Position numbers and translations under genes: made by a program. A stretch of DNA of 64,000 bases, from contig NC_043000.1 in NCBI RefSeq assembly GCF_006345805.1, positions 36,890,001-36,954,000 of the forward strand. The letters run 5' to 3'. Under the pieces are notes generated by a model that saw only the letters and a program-made list of their open reading frames with translations, was not told the DNA's origin and ran no database searches. Below, one piece after another: positions 11,495 to 23,490 of the stretch. Origin of the DNA: Octopus sinensis (taxonomy: Eukaryota). The stretch's first letter is position 1; each line of letters opens with the position of its first letter.

Positions 11495-12027
11495 CATATA
11501 AAATGTTAGAGCAAAGTAATACTGTTTACTGTGGCAGGCAGCGGTTGTCAATTACAGGCTAACTTGTTAATAACCTGTTATCTATGGTTGTCATCGCTTC
11601 ATTTATCAATTCGTAGGTCGTTCAGTTATTTTCACTGGCTGAATTTGCTATTTAATTCTCTATCTTTTTACTGCTCTTTCTGTCTGAATTGTTCTTTCTT
11701 TCTGAAAATTGTTTTTTGGTATATCGTTTGCATATTCAATGGCCGATGTAGATCAATTGCTTATTGCGCAATCGGATCCTACTTTGCTAAGATGTCTTGT
11801 GTTCTACGACACATAATTATTGGTTTATTGTTTATTCATTGGTTGGTTCACTTGTTATGGTTCGCAAATATATTTTTTATATCTGAAGTCGCTAATGTGT
11901 TATTGATATTCTCTATAGGAGGGAAGAGGTTATATCATACATCTGATATCTGAACCTATCTTTTTTCTTAGATTAACTTATTCTGACTAATTTTCGGATT
12001 GTTGTTGCAAGGTGTGTGTGTGTGTGT

Positions 12028-12062
<35 letters not shown>

Positions 12063-12083
12063 CTACATACGTATGTGTTCATA

Positions 12084-12308
12084 TACAAGTGGGTGCTGAA
12101 AAATTACTGGCTTTAAGGGTGTCGCAAGAAGCCTGATTGGACGCTCAACCTTCCGAGTTCTTTTCAGGGCTTAGAAACACTGAAGCTGAAGGTCTGCTGC
12201 AATAAGTGTGTAAATCTGATTGGGGAATACGTTGGATAAGAATCTAATTAACTAATCTTCCACAATTTACTCTTCCCCAAAGCCAGGAACTTTTCAGCAC
12301 ACCCTTAT
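12084..12308. mobile_element. Mariner-derived MITE, about 220 bp
   Basis: Imperfect TIRs tacaagtgggtgctgaaaaattactggcttt and aaagccaggaacttttcagcacacccttat, with TA at the left end. Confidence 0.8.
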
Positions 12309-12490
12309 GTGTGTGTGCGTGCGTGTATATGCGTACATATATGATTATATATGGATATTCATATCTGTGAGTGCGTGTACATGTGTATGTATATGTGTGA
12401 ACGTGTCTGTGTGTGGGTGTGTATGTATATATATATATATATATATGCATAGGTATATATACATACACTTGTAGGGAGGAGGGAGACATA

Positions 12491-12524
<34 letters not shown>

Positions 12525-12604
12525 TGTGTATAGAAAAGATTTACATAAATTATTTGTTAATCTTAATTTATCTATCTCATTTGAAAGCACTTACAAAACA
12601 GCTA

Positions 12605-13700
12605 ATTTTCTAAATGTTACTCTAGATTTAAAATCTTCGCTATAATCTCCCTCCACCTGCCATAAACATAATCAGTACCTCAGATGCATTAGCATAGACT
12701 CTAATCACCATAAATCTACCTTTGGTAGTGTAATGAAAGACATATCTACCCGGATATCGATTCTCTCAGTCACGGAAGAAATCTTCAATAGCCACGCTAC
12801 ATACTACAACCAGGCACTAGCAAATTAAATTCTTAGTAAATACTAGGCTTAAAAAACATCTCTAAACTCAATTCGGTGGGGGTCATGCCCCACTACTAGA
12901 CACATTAACCCTACCACTATAGACATATAAACTTAAAAAGACCCCGAGTGAGATGCTCTCCTCTGGCCAACCACATTCACCTTTTGATAAATAGAAAAGT
13001 ACCAAATAGGATATCTTGGGCCATAATAGATTCTGGTAACCCATACCAAGGCCAGCGCTCCACATGCGGACTCTGCCTGAAAGAAGCCCTCCAAATATTA
13101 ATTCATTATTCACAGTAATTACTCAATAAACAACACGAAGCATTTTCTACATGTAAACATAAATTATATCGCACCTTTAGATTCTTCCATAGGTCCAAAT
13201 GCAAGTAAAGTCAACACACAAACCAATCGCTTATATGCATCCACGGTCGTTGCAACATACGTACGTTTTTTCTCTTCCTTTTCTTCATAAGTATCTTAGA
13301 AGCTAGCTAGCTTTAATATAACTTTTTAATTTTTGAATTTTAATTTAACTTTTAATCTGCATCTCTTATCCATTTAATTGTAGCTTTATTCTATGCATAC
13401 CCTCTAAAGCTAGGCATCTATTTTTAGTTATCCCTACTGACTACTGGGCTAAATATTCTGATCATACCTAACCTAGAATTCATATATTTGATTAATAAAC
13501 ATAAATACCTCCCTCCTCCGCTTTACCAAAACCTTGACGCCTGACCTCTCACCCCGAATCGACACTCACGAAGAATAACACTTGTAGCTTACCTTTAATT
13601 TTTACTTGTATTTTTATTTCTGATTTTACTTTCGCTCTTATTCATTCTTTCCTACACCTACCCTATTCCTTTTTTCGCGCTCTCTCTCTCTTCTATTCAG
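12605..13700 (+). mobile_element. Penelope-like element remnant (RT thumb, GIY-YIG C-terminus, pLTR-like 3' region)
   Basis: FLNVTLDLK...SNHHKS...ISTRISILS..EEIFNSHATYYNQAL; then ISWAIIDSGNPYQGQRSTCGLCLKEALQIL...LLNKQHEAFSTCKHK, typical of Penelope-like ORFs. Confidence 0.8.
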
Positions 13701-15419
13701 TCACTCACAACCAGCTTCTGTCTATCTTGGTGTCTGTCTTTCTCACTGTATATATATATATATATATATATATACATACATACACACACACAGTATGATA
13801 GCATATGGTAGCCGATAACCGTAGAGGTGCTTTTGGAACGTACGTTATAAGGCTACTAACCACATGATTATTTATAATATATTTATATTCGTACACACGC
13901 ACACTACTTTTTCATTCAATACATTATCCTCGATATACAATTTCATTTCGTTTGCAACTTGGTTCTCTGGACTAATCAAGTTTGTAGTTTAATTTACGAA
14001 ATAAATTGCTTAAATTGCCACGAGACTATTGAGTTGGTAATTAGTTTGTGTGTAAGAATATTTCTCTGTGACCAATCTCTCTAGATTGCCAATTGTTTCC
14101 ATAATTGCTGCCGACATAAACGTGATTAACGGCCTTATACCTTTAGAACTGCTCTAGCAGGCAACAAAATAGGAATTTCGAAGAGAGGAAAACATTGTCC
14201 CACATTTTAATTAATATATCTTTACGTTTGTTTATTTTCGTTTGATTGCATATTTAACTAGATTCTACGTACTTTTCCTGTTGATATTTATAATCGAAGC
14301 TTCATAATATAACATGGCTGTTAAGTCCCTTTATATCATTAACAAACACGCGGGGCCAGATTTATATCTATTGCGTGTCATATTGGGAAAATGTCTGATT
14401 TGGGTCGACATAAGTTTTGTGAATAGAAATTGTGCAGAAGCCTGACATATGAATTGAGCCTGGTTTTGGGTGACATTTCCAATATGTTGCCCTGCCACCC
14501 GTAATGTAGCTCGAAGACGGTATTCCCTTTCTACGATTTTCTCCGTAGATTTTTTTTTAGTCTCTCCTTTCAATGTTTTACTCTCTACAGGTTCCTGTCA
14601 TATTTTGGACCAGAATTCGTCACCGTATGCTTTCTTTTGTCCTCTATTATTTTCTTCTTCAAACCGAAGCGGCTCAACGAATACATTTGCTCAAAAGCTT
14701 GCCAGTTTGACCGTAAGTTGACCTATGGATGTTGCAATCATTCGGTTGAGGTTTTCGATGTGTAGATATAAACATATCTTTCACCCATCTCTCCCCGCAA
14801 AATGATTATAGTGAGATATGATGATACCTTCCATCATCTTACTGAACCATAGATATAAATGCACTCATCACGATCCTAAAGTCTACAATTATACCATAAT
14901 CTTAATCCATTATTATTTACAAAGAAACCTACCACATCCATTCTTAAAATTAAATCTCCCTCATTATGAATGTCGACGAAACAGTGTATTTACGAGAACT
15001 ATAGTCACCTCTAACTAGTTTCACCGGTAAATAAATCATCAATTCTCAGAATATTCCTCATTTCGCTAACATTATCTTTCTCATTCACACGATCTACTCG
15101 AAACATTATCTTTTGTTTCAACCTCTTCTTGAACTTACGTCCCCGGTATATGAGTCTTATCACCTGTCGTCTTAATTCTTCTACAAGTGACACTGAACCA
15201 CTTCAGAGGTTATTACGGGGTCTCTAGAAATAGAAGCCAATTCATTATGAAATCAGTCCCAACAGTCTTAAAAATAATAATTTCTGACTGACACTACATT
15301 GTAGAGTCTCATTAAACAGAGACATCATAGATCAAGGCTGAGTTGATGGTAACTAACAACATACATTCAACTAATTGTCATGTCAACTAAAGAGTTTACA
15401 TTTCCATAGCTGGCTTGTA

Positions 15420-16217
15420 GAGTTTATGTCAGACGATGTCCTGGGAGAGAATCTGGACGTCTATGGAAGTCAGTTGACTTCCAAAGACGGGAATCTTTGG
15501 ACCGGGGTATCTGGATAATTACCAGAAATCCCTGGCCTGGTTATGCTATCGATCAGCTTTATCTGTTCGAGTGAGGTTATCGAGGCACGGTCGTGCCGTC
15601 CCACTGACATGCCCGAGGTGAGGGCAGGGCAGCGAAACTGTTCTGCACACCTTCGTACAGGGTACGGAATTAACGGGAGTGAAAACCTTTTCTGAACAAC
15701 TGTTGTCGACAATGGGAAGAGGACAGCCATCAGCTAAATCTATTTTAAAGAATGTGCCTCCTCCCTCCTTTAACAGGGAGTGGTAGGCCTGTTTTTTCTG
15801 TGTAGAAACCATACTGAAAGAGACAGTATGGAAGACGCTTGCAAGAGGGATCGTGACAGGTACCTTCATCACAGTCCAAGGGTTGGTTAGTTTTTTTAGC
15901 TACCACCTGAAGAGCAAAATCAGACCGGAGAAGTGATACCTGTTGCACAATATGTACACAAAAAGATGGAAGTCTGTAGGAAGTATGCTGTGCCTGACTG
16001 GAACCAGGTAGGTGGAGCCAGCGCAAAAAAAGGGAACATGTCGGGCGTCGATTGGATGTCTTGACATCACACAAAACCTTTTTAATCCTGTTTAAAGTTT
16101 TTAAAATGCATACTATTATAAACCATCCGACATGACCCCACCTCCCAGCTTTTTATGTATTGCCTGCCCATGTTTGCCCCCTCCTTGTTGGGCCCACGTG
16201 GCCAAATAAAAGAAATA
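15420..16217 (+). mobile_element. 5'-truncated Tx1 LINE, second diverged subfamily (ORF2 C-terminus and 3'UTR)
   Basis: DNYQKSLAWLCYRSAL...TCPR*GQGSETVLH...PPPSFNRE...FFSYHLKSKIR...KRWKSV is colinear with the 3930-5018 ORF2 C-terminus. Tail ends CCAAATAAAAGAAATA. Confidence 0.85.
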
Positions 16218-16944
16218 CAGTCAGCGAGCTACGCCGTACGGGCCAGTCAGGCAGACAACGAAATGCATCGTCATAATGCAGTACATATCAGTGGTGACGA
16301 GGATACCTCCCACTGTATAACGGTGTCGTTATAACAGCGGTAACGAGGTTACGAACGTTCATAATAGTGTCGAAATGGAAGAACTACACAGTGAAAAATA
16401 TATAAATTCTATTGAAAAAAGATTCTGATAAAACTGGAACTCTAACACAGGACAGCACTACACAGAGAAAAGTAACGTACATACGCAGTGAAAAATGAAG
16501 CCTATTGAAGAAGGAACTGAACTACACATAATGAAGGATTTAAGTTAGATCGCTATGTGTTAGTAGCGCTACCGGTACACAATGTAGGCTGGTACTACCT
16601 GCGGCATCCTGAAGAGAAAAATGATTCTTGAACAAAATTATGGCTGGGGGGGGGGGCAGGCATCCCCAAGTGAGAAGATAATAGTAAACAAACATAGCAT
16701 GTAGTGATAGTCAGTGAGATACACCGTATGGGCCAGTCAAGCAGATGATGATATACGTTGTCATAATACTGGACATACCACTTATCAAAGTTTTAACATC
16801 ATCTCCTTCAAAATATTCACCTACAGCAGCAATAAACCGATCCCAGCGTCCTGCCACTTTAGGAATCTGTCTTGGAAATCGTTTTCCGTAAGCGCGTCGA
16901 GGACCTTCTGCGACTGACTCTTGATCTAAACAACAGAGTTAAAA

Positions 16945-17575
16945 CGGCAACCTTTGAACTTCATATTTATTTTGGGAAAAAGATGGAAGTCCGCAGATGC
17001 TAAATCTGAAGAATAGAGCAGAAGCGAGATCATGTTTTTTGGTGAGACACTCACAACTGAAGAGACCTCGGTAACAGGGTGCATTGTAGTCGCGAAGATT
17101 CTAATTCTTCACGCTCCACAGATCCGGTCGCGTTCGCCAAATGTCCTTCCGCCCATGCTTCAAAACGTCGGCAGGACGAATTCTTGATGCACAACTCTGC
17201 GGATGTCGGGAAATAAAGAAATCCATAAGCCTGCTCTTGATTGAGCTGCAGCTATTTTGAAGCGCTCGTGCCACTCAAAACCTTGCATACAACCCATTAC
17301 CTCTTGGCTGTAAGCTTGCCGAAGCATGCGCAAATGTCTCTGAAGCAAAACTTCACGTGGGCTCTTCAGTCCAACTTCCTGTTCATGAAAAAATCGCAGA
17401 CTACAGCATAAACAGGATCACAAAAACGCAAATTTCGTGACTTGCGAACAGTGATATCACTCGGCACACTGCCTCGTGAAAGTCACTGTCAGCTCTCATT
17501 GCGCGCGCGACCGTGTGCTGTCATCTATTGGCGCGCTACAGAACTAGTGGGGGAACTTTTTGATATCACTTCGTA
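16945..17575 (-). mobile_element. Internally deleted mariner element
   Basis: Terminal tacgaagtgatatcaaaaagt; MLRQAYSQEVMG..GFEWHERFK (HTH region) and SDLASADFHLFPK. Same family as 24530-25845. Confidence 0.85.
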
Positions 17576-17841
17576 TATATAAAGACACAAACACGCATAT
17601 CAGTTTATTTAGTTAACTGTTTGTGTGTGTGAAAGAGAGAGAGAGAGGGGTGTGTGAAGAGCAATTTCAATGTGCAAGGTCACACGATAAATGAATTCAA
17701 ATTATAAAACAGTTTGGCTGAAATATTACAACCTACCCGACGAGTACAAAGGCCTCGCACATTAGTTTAGAGCGCACACTGTGCGGTCTAGCGGCTCCGG
17801 TGTTGGTATGTAAAACTTTTTTTACATACCGAATAAAAAAC

Positions 17842-18135
17842 GGTTAGGTTGCAATGGTCAGGGCATTCGGCTCACGATCGTATGGTTGTGAGTTCGATTC
17901 CCGGCGGCGCGTTATGTCCTCGAGCAACCCGCTTTATTTCCCGTTGCTTACAGTTCACACAACTGGGAAAAATTAGTTCCTGTATTTTAAAAGGGTCAGC
18001 CTCGTCGAATCCTGTTTCACGCTGAATCTCCCAAAGAACCATGTTAAGGTTACGTGTGTGTATGGATTGCTCAGTTAATTTCACCAGCAGGGTTTCCGTT
18101 GATTGGATCAACTGGAACCTTCGTCGTCGTAACTA
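17842..18135 (+). mobile_element. tRNA-derived SINE with CORE-like body and a family C 3' module
   Basis: B box gagttcgattcc, then gtcctcgagcaa. The 3' ~150 bp is homologous to 26452-26598. Confidence 0.8.
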
Positions 18136-19049
18136 AAGTGAGGTAGTTTTTATTTTCAGAACCAGGGCTATCCAAGGGTTCATTCATCTAGGTACTAAGC
18201 AGGCTGATCGAGCGAGAACCGGTATTTTCGGTGCGTTGTCGACATGAACAAGGCAAAATTAAAAGCAATGTTAGGATGTGAAAGGAAGGCTGCAGATACA
18301 GATGCGATATGTGCTGGTCACATTCCTATAAATATTAGAATATCCTTGCATTGTCCTCCATATTGTTTTCTCATGAGATGTCTTTGTAGGACATACAGTT
18401 TTAATCACCTTTCAGCTAGAGTCAATATTTGTATTTTCTTCGCTGAAATTAACCAGCGCACGCTCAATCAACATTTATGAAAGCGAGAGATTTATACGTT
18501 GTGATGTTCACGAATGTGTGTAAAGACAATGACAATGTAATTTGAAGTGAAATTGTGGTGAGCGTTACACACTAATCTTGAAAGACACCTACTCTAGAAC
18601 ATCATCACGAAATAATAATAATAGTTAAAGCCCACACACAAACACGAAACAGATTTTTCTCTGATTTTACCAGCTTAGATTTATCTCTTCTTGTTCCACA
18701 CGACAAAGAGGATATAAATCTTTTTTTTTCTGTACTTTCAATTTTCTATCTACTTTGCTCCCAAGGTAAAAACGATATATATTTGTTATTCTAAAAGGAT
18801 AAATGATAATGTGGACTTTCGAAGAACTGGGGGTCAAACAACTAATTCACAATGCGGATAAAAATGTCAACATTTATTTATATAGAAAGACCGTCTCGCT
18901 ATTAAATCCCATCATCCTATTTAGCTTCACATCTGAGAAATATCTGAAAAACATTTACTAGAATTAAGTCCACAGAAACCTTGGCCTCCTGTTTCATACT
19001 TTCATTGAACAATAGAAAATGTTTCAGATATATTTATCTTTTGTTTTAG

Positions 19050-19235
19050 ATACATTGCAGCATTGATGAAGACAGCCAGTACTTATACTGGTTGGGAAAT
19101 GAAGCATTCAGTACTGTTGCAGTTACAGAAGATATATGTGTTGGTTTGCTTATCCTTGGGCCCTCAAATCCTTATGGAGAAGCAGGATCACCGTGTCTTC
19201 ATCTGCAGTGTGTCTTGGACAGTGTTAGATCATAG
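19050..19235 (+). other. Candidate exon of an unidentified transcript
   Basis: Acceptor ttttgttttag| followed by the open frame IHCSIDEDSQYLYWLGNEAF...CVLDSVRS*. A second frame is open from 19051 to 19296. No homolog recognised. Confidence 0.25.
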
Positions 19236-20009
19236 CCGATTTCTTCAGGAAAGAGACAAAGAAAATGGACAGACACCAGTACAGGACCGGACTTGAAAAT
19301 AAACAAGGCCAAAAGCGACATCGGCAGTAATTGAAATCGCAGGGCAGAGAGTCGAAAAGAATACCTCAAAGCACTATCCAACTCAACCAATTCGCCGTCC
19401 AAGACTAGCATGAAAGATTCGAAATATTATTTCTAGTAGCTAAGAAGATTTAAAAAGACCTCAGAATTATGATGCGGCTTCCTGCAGCAAAGAACTCCAT
19501 CTGTTTGTGTAAAGGTTTATTTCAGTGACAAGAACATTTTCTGTTAAACCAATGCAACTTGGCATCCTCTCTTCTCTGTGACATTGTATTCTTCACGATC
19601 GGTTTAGAAAGAGTTGAATTTTAAGAAATGAAATTTAATTCCTTCTTAATTTTGTGCAGGGTGGTAACTGAACTTGTTGAAATATCCGTATTACTTAATT
19701 TTTAGTTTTATACTTCAGATCAAACAGATTATAAATTCCATACCGTTTTGAAAATTGAAATATTGAGAAGGTGAAGATGAAACATCACGTCCTCCCATCC
19801 TTTGTATCTTGTTTTGACTCTGGAACATTGCAAAACAATTGTCTTTGCTTATCTTAAGTTGGTATCAACCTGTCCAACGCCACCCCTGTTCCTATGACAG
19901 AAACTTCATGTTCTAAACTGGTCAAAATTAAATCCTACCAGCAAAATTTCTTGCTATTCTGTTCCAAACACCAACATAACCCTGTCATGCCATATTTCTG
20001 CTCTTGCAG

Positions 20010-20051
20010 GAATGGGTTACGTATCCTCTCTGCAGGATTCGCGTTAAAGAG
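20010..20051 (+). other. Candidate 42-nt exon
   Basis: tatttctgctcttgcag|...aaagag|gtaatt. Frame 0 reads EWVTYPLCRIRVKE. Confidence 0.25.
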
Positions 20052-20517
20052 GTAATTCACAAAAAAAAAAACCAGTAGAAACGGAAGATGCAGCTGATTC
20101 CGTCCGTTAGTTTGTCTGTATATGCAACTAGCTATTTTTTGGCTCAGGAGCCCTGGTTTGGCAGGATTAATAATGACAAAACTATTTTAATAAATTCATT
20201 AATTTCAAAAATTATTGAAACGAACTTGTTTCAACTAAAGAAATAATTGATAAGGAAATCCAAGAAAAGGAAGGACAATAGGAAATAAAACACTGGCAGA
20301 CACAATTTACTCGGAATTTGTCATAATTTACTTAACTATTGATGTAGTAGATCTTCTGAGGATGATTGCTTTTTAGGTGTATGGTAGAGTCATGCCAGGA
20401 TCGAGCTGTAAATAAACCATGTTCCCATCGCGGGTCAAAATACCCTCAAATATGTCACACTAATATTCAGGAGAAAAGCATGAAACTCACTTCATTCTAT
20501 TGTTTTCCTTCTGCTAG

Positions 20518-20656
20518 AACTGTAAATCTGGGTCAGGTGCAATACGAACCAATATGAACGATTGTCAACAACACCGCAAGGGATCGCCGGCGAACTGGTT
20601 TAGTCGAGCCCCCGAGCGAAGTCATTTGGAATTTATATATTCCGTAAACGTCTTTG
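20518..20656 (+). other. Candidate 139-nt exon
   Basis: ttgttttccttctgctag|...tttg|gtaaaa. Only frame 0 is open (NCKSGSGAIRT...IYSVNVF). Confidence 0.2.
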
Positions 20657-21587
20657 GTAAAAGCATGAATGCCATCACACCTCATTGCTTATTTTATCGA
20701 CCGTGAAGCTGGAACTCTATCTACTCTAAATAAATCGATATCCATTGTTAAGCAGTCCAAATACTTTATTGGTTGCTACTAACTTTTGTATATGTGTGTG
20801 TGTATGTGTGTGTGTGTGTGTGCGAGTGTGGCGGTTAGTATAAAACACGCTTGTGTATATATTTGGATATATAGTCGAGAAAAAAGGTAAAAAAATTCTC
20901 TTATGATAGCAAAGATGGGGAAAAAAACTAATAAAACATCAGTTTATTGTTGAATCTAAACTGTGTGGTACGGAACATTATCAAGTGATGTATCCAGTGT
21001 GTTTAAATTGATATGTCAACAAACGGAAAGTTACCATCAAAAGAATGAATTCTACATCAACTCCACTTGTTTCTGGGTTATATAGAAAATAGTAAATCGG
21101 CGATTACTGTCTTAAATAAGACAAACAACAAAGAAAGTTCGGAACAAATATTAATCTATGATTTTAGCGATATATAGGCACTAATACATCAGACAATAAA
21201 CTGCTTGATAATTTAAACGCGCGAGTAAATGTTGCATTTAAAAGGGGGGGAAATAAAAATTATGTCTTTTTTTTTTTTTTGTTCTTCTTGCGGAATTACC
21301 TATTTTAGGAAGTAAAGTTAAACAAAAAAATATTTCTCTTTATATTCTTGCATCCAATACAAGTGCGATGTCATGTGTTACTGTGATGTTCGGCATATTG
21401 CTATGAATGAAGCAACAGAATCAGGTTCTTTGATCGATTCTCTGCATTTCTTTGGTACTTTTTTTTTAACGTTGCAGATATCTAAGGAAAATATTCGATA
21501 GTGACTTCGAAGTTTCGGTTTCTTAGGCATCAGACTGAGGTTTAGTTTGCTCCTCCTGGCTATTTGTATGGTGCTTCTAGCATGGTG

Positions 21588-21636
<49 letters not shown>

Positions 21637-22586
21637 AGAGAGAGAGAGAGAGGGAGAGAGAAAGAGAAATTCTTAGTGAAATGCTCTCGACTAGGTTTTT
21701 TAATTATATTTTGAATAAGGTTGAGTGTGGGCGTACATGTTTCTTTTGTGTGTATAAATCTATGTTGCAATGTATCTTTACGCATTTATGAATTATATGT
21801 ACACACACACACACACATAGTTACATGCATACATAATCACATACGGTCGTACATATACATAGTTACACGTATACACGGATGGGTGTATATAAATATTTCC
21901 TTAAAGACTCGTGTCACTATAGAAGAAGGTTTTTATCTCGATATGTATAAATACAGATATATGCGGTTATATAATTGCTTTTGTATATGTATAGACATCC
22001 TTGCCAGAAATGGAGTATTTCAACAAATAATCTATAGTAATAATATTTTTATCAATCTAACCTTTAAAAAAATATATACCCAGTTTAAATTTATTTGAAG
22101 CTTCTGACACCAACATTGACTTTGAGCTTTCTCTAACCTATGAACTTTAACAAATTGTACTAACATCAGCTATAAACATTTTATGGTCAGTAATATTATC
22201 CTATCATCCTATAAAGATTTGAATGATCACATGAAAACCGTCAAACAGGATTTGTGGTCTAAATATGGAACATCGTCAAATGAACCACAATGAAAGTTTC
22301 CTCCTATACATACCTGACTGACGTCAAACAAATTTCCCTTATCAAAGCAGACACACTCTCTCCACCATCCGTATGTATGGTAAACGGTAACTGGAGCATT
22401 ATGATGTTGCGCGAGGGTGTAGTGAAATGAATATTTCATATTTCCTCCACGTGGTGCAATTGAAGTCCCCTTTTGCTTTTTAATTTCATTCTTATTGACA
22501 ATAGTCAAAACAAAGACAGAATTTATTCTTGTAAACTTCTGGATAAATGATAATCTCCTCTACACGAATTGAATTGTATTCTGTAC

Positions 22587-22863
22587 CAGCGGTTCTCCAA
22601 CTTTTTCAGGCAGCCGCCTCCTTAGTTTTAAGAGCACATTCCTGTACCCCCACTTCACCACAGACAGACCATTTTCCGAAACAAATCCAAAGCAACAGTA
22701 TTTCACAAAGAAAACTTAACCAAAATAACCCTTTATTTTGTTTGTTTTTTACATCGTCTGTCCCCGTTTTGGTCACCCCATAATCGCCTCATCTTTCTTC
22801 AACGCCCCCTGTATCTTTCCATCACTTTCATAGAAGCGGTACCGCCCATTTTGGGAACCCCTG
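22587..22863. mobile_element. hAT (Charlie-like) MITE
   Basis: TIRs cagcggttctccaa and ttgggaacccctg; 8-bp flanks ttctgtac and ctctatat look like a decayed nTCTRTAn TSD. Confidence 0.7.
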
Positions 22864-23124
22864 CTCTATATGGTCCCTCTGTGTGCGTGCCTGTCTGCGC
22901 GTGCATGTCTGTGTGTGTGTGTGTGTGTGTGTTGAAATAACAATAATGAATCAGTCCGACCTTAAATATTCCGTTGCTTTCAGAAAATATGTTTAAAATC
23001 CCAACAAACACCTAACGATCGTCGTGACTTCGGAGTCACTCTCAGCATATTTGTGCTGAAAATAATATGATCCACAATTACAACTTACAGAATGGTCCCT
23101 TAATCATTATCGTTCGTCTTTTAT

Positions 23125-23400
23125 ACTAATCGCAGTCATTTTACTGCGGCCATGCTGGGGCATTGACTTTTAGTCGAATGAATCGATCCCAGTAATTTTA
23201 TTAAGCTTTGTACTTATTCTATCGGTCTCGTTTGCCGAACTGGTAAGTTACTGGGATGAAAACACACCAACACTGGTTGTCGAGCGGTGTTAGGAAACAA
23301 ACAGATGCAAACGCACGCACACACATGACAGGCTTCTTTCAGTTTCCATCAACCAAATCCACATACATGGTTTTGGTCGGCTCGCGGCTATAGAAGATAT
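23125..23400 (-). mobile_element. Family A/D SINE, 5'-truncated
   Basis: Reverse complement matches the body and CR1-type tail of 2830-3240. Confidence 0.85.
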
Positions 23401-23456
23401 TTGAAGTTTTCACACACTAGAAGCTGATTTATATTACTGCGTGTGTGTGTGTGTGT

Positions 23457-23490
<34 letters not shown>

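Noticed and set aside
11531-11953. 140-aa hydrophobic ORF
   Set aside because: T-rich low-complexity sequence with a TTG/GTG-type start and no recognisable motif or splice support.
14331-15400. Short ORFs with coding-like composition
   Set aside because: Multiple stops, no recognisable domain and no consistent splice signals; possibly unclassified transposon debris, but I cannot support a call.
15690-16075. Apparent minus-strand ORFs suggesting an inversion within the Tx1 fragment
   Set aside because: Plus-strand translation is colinear with the Tx1 ORF2 C-terminus, so there is no inversion.
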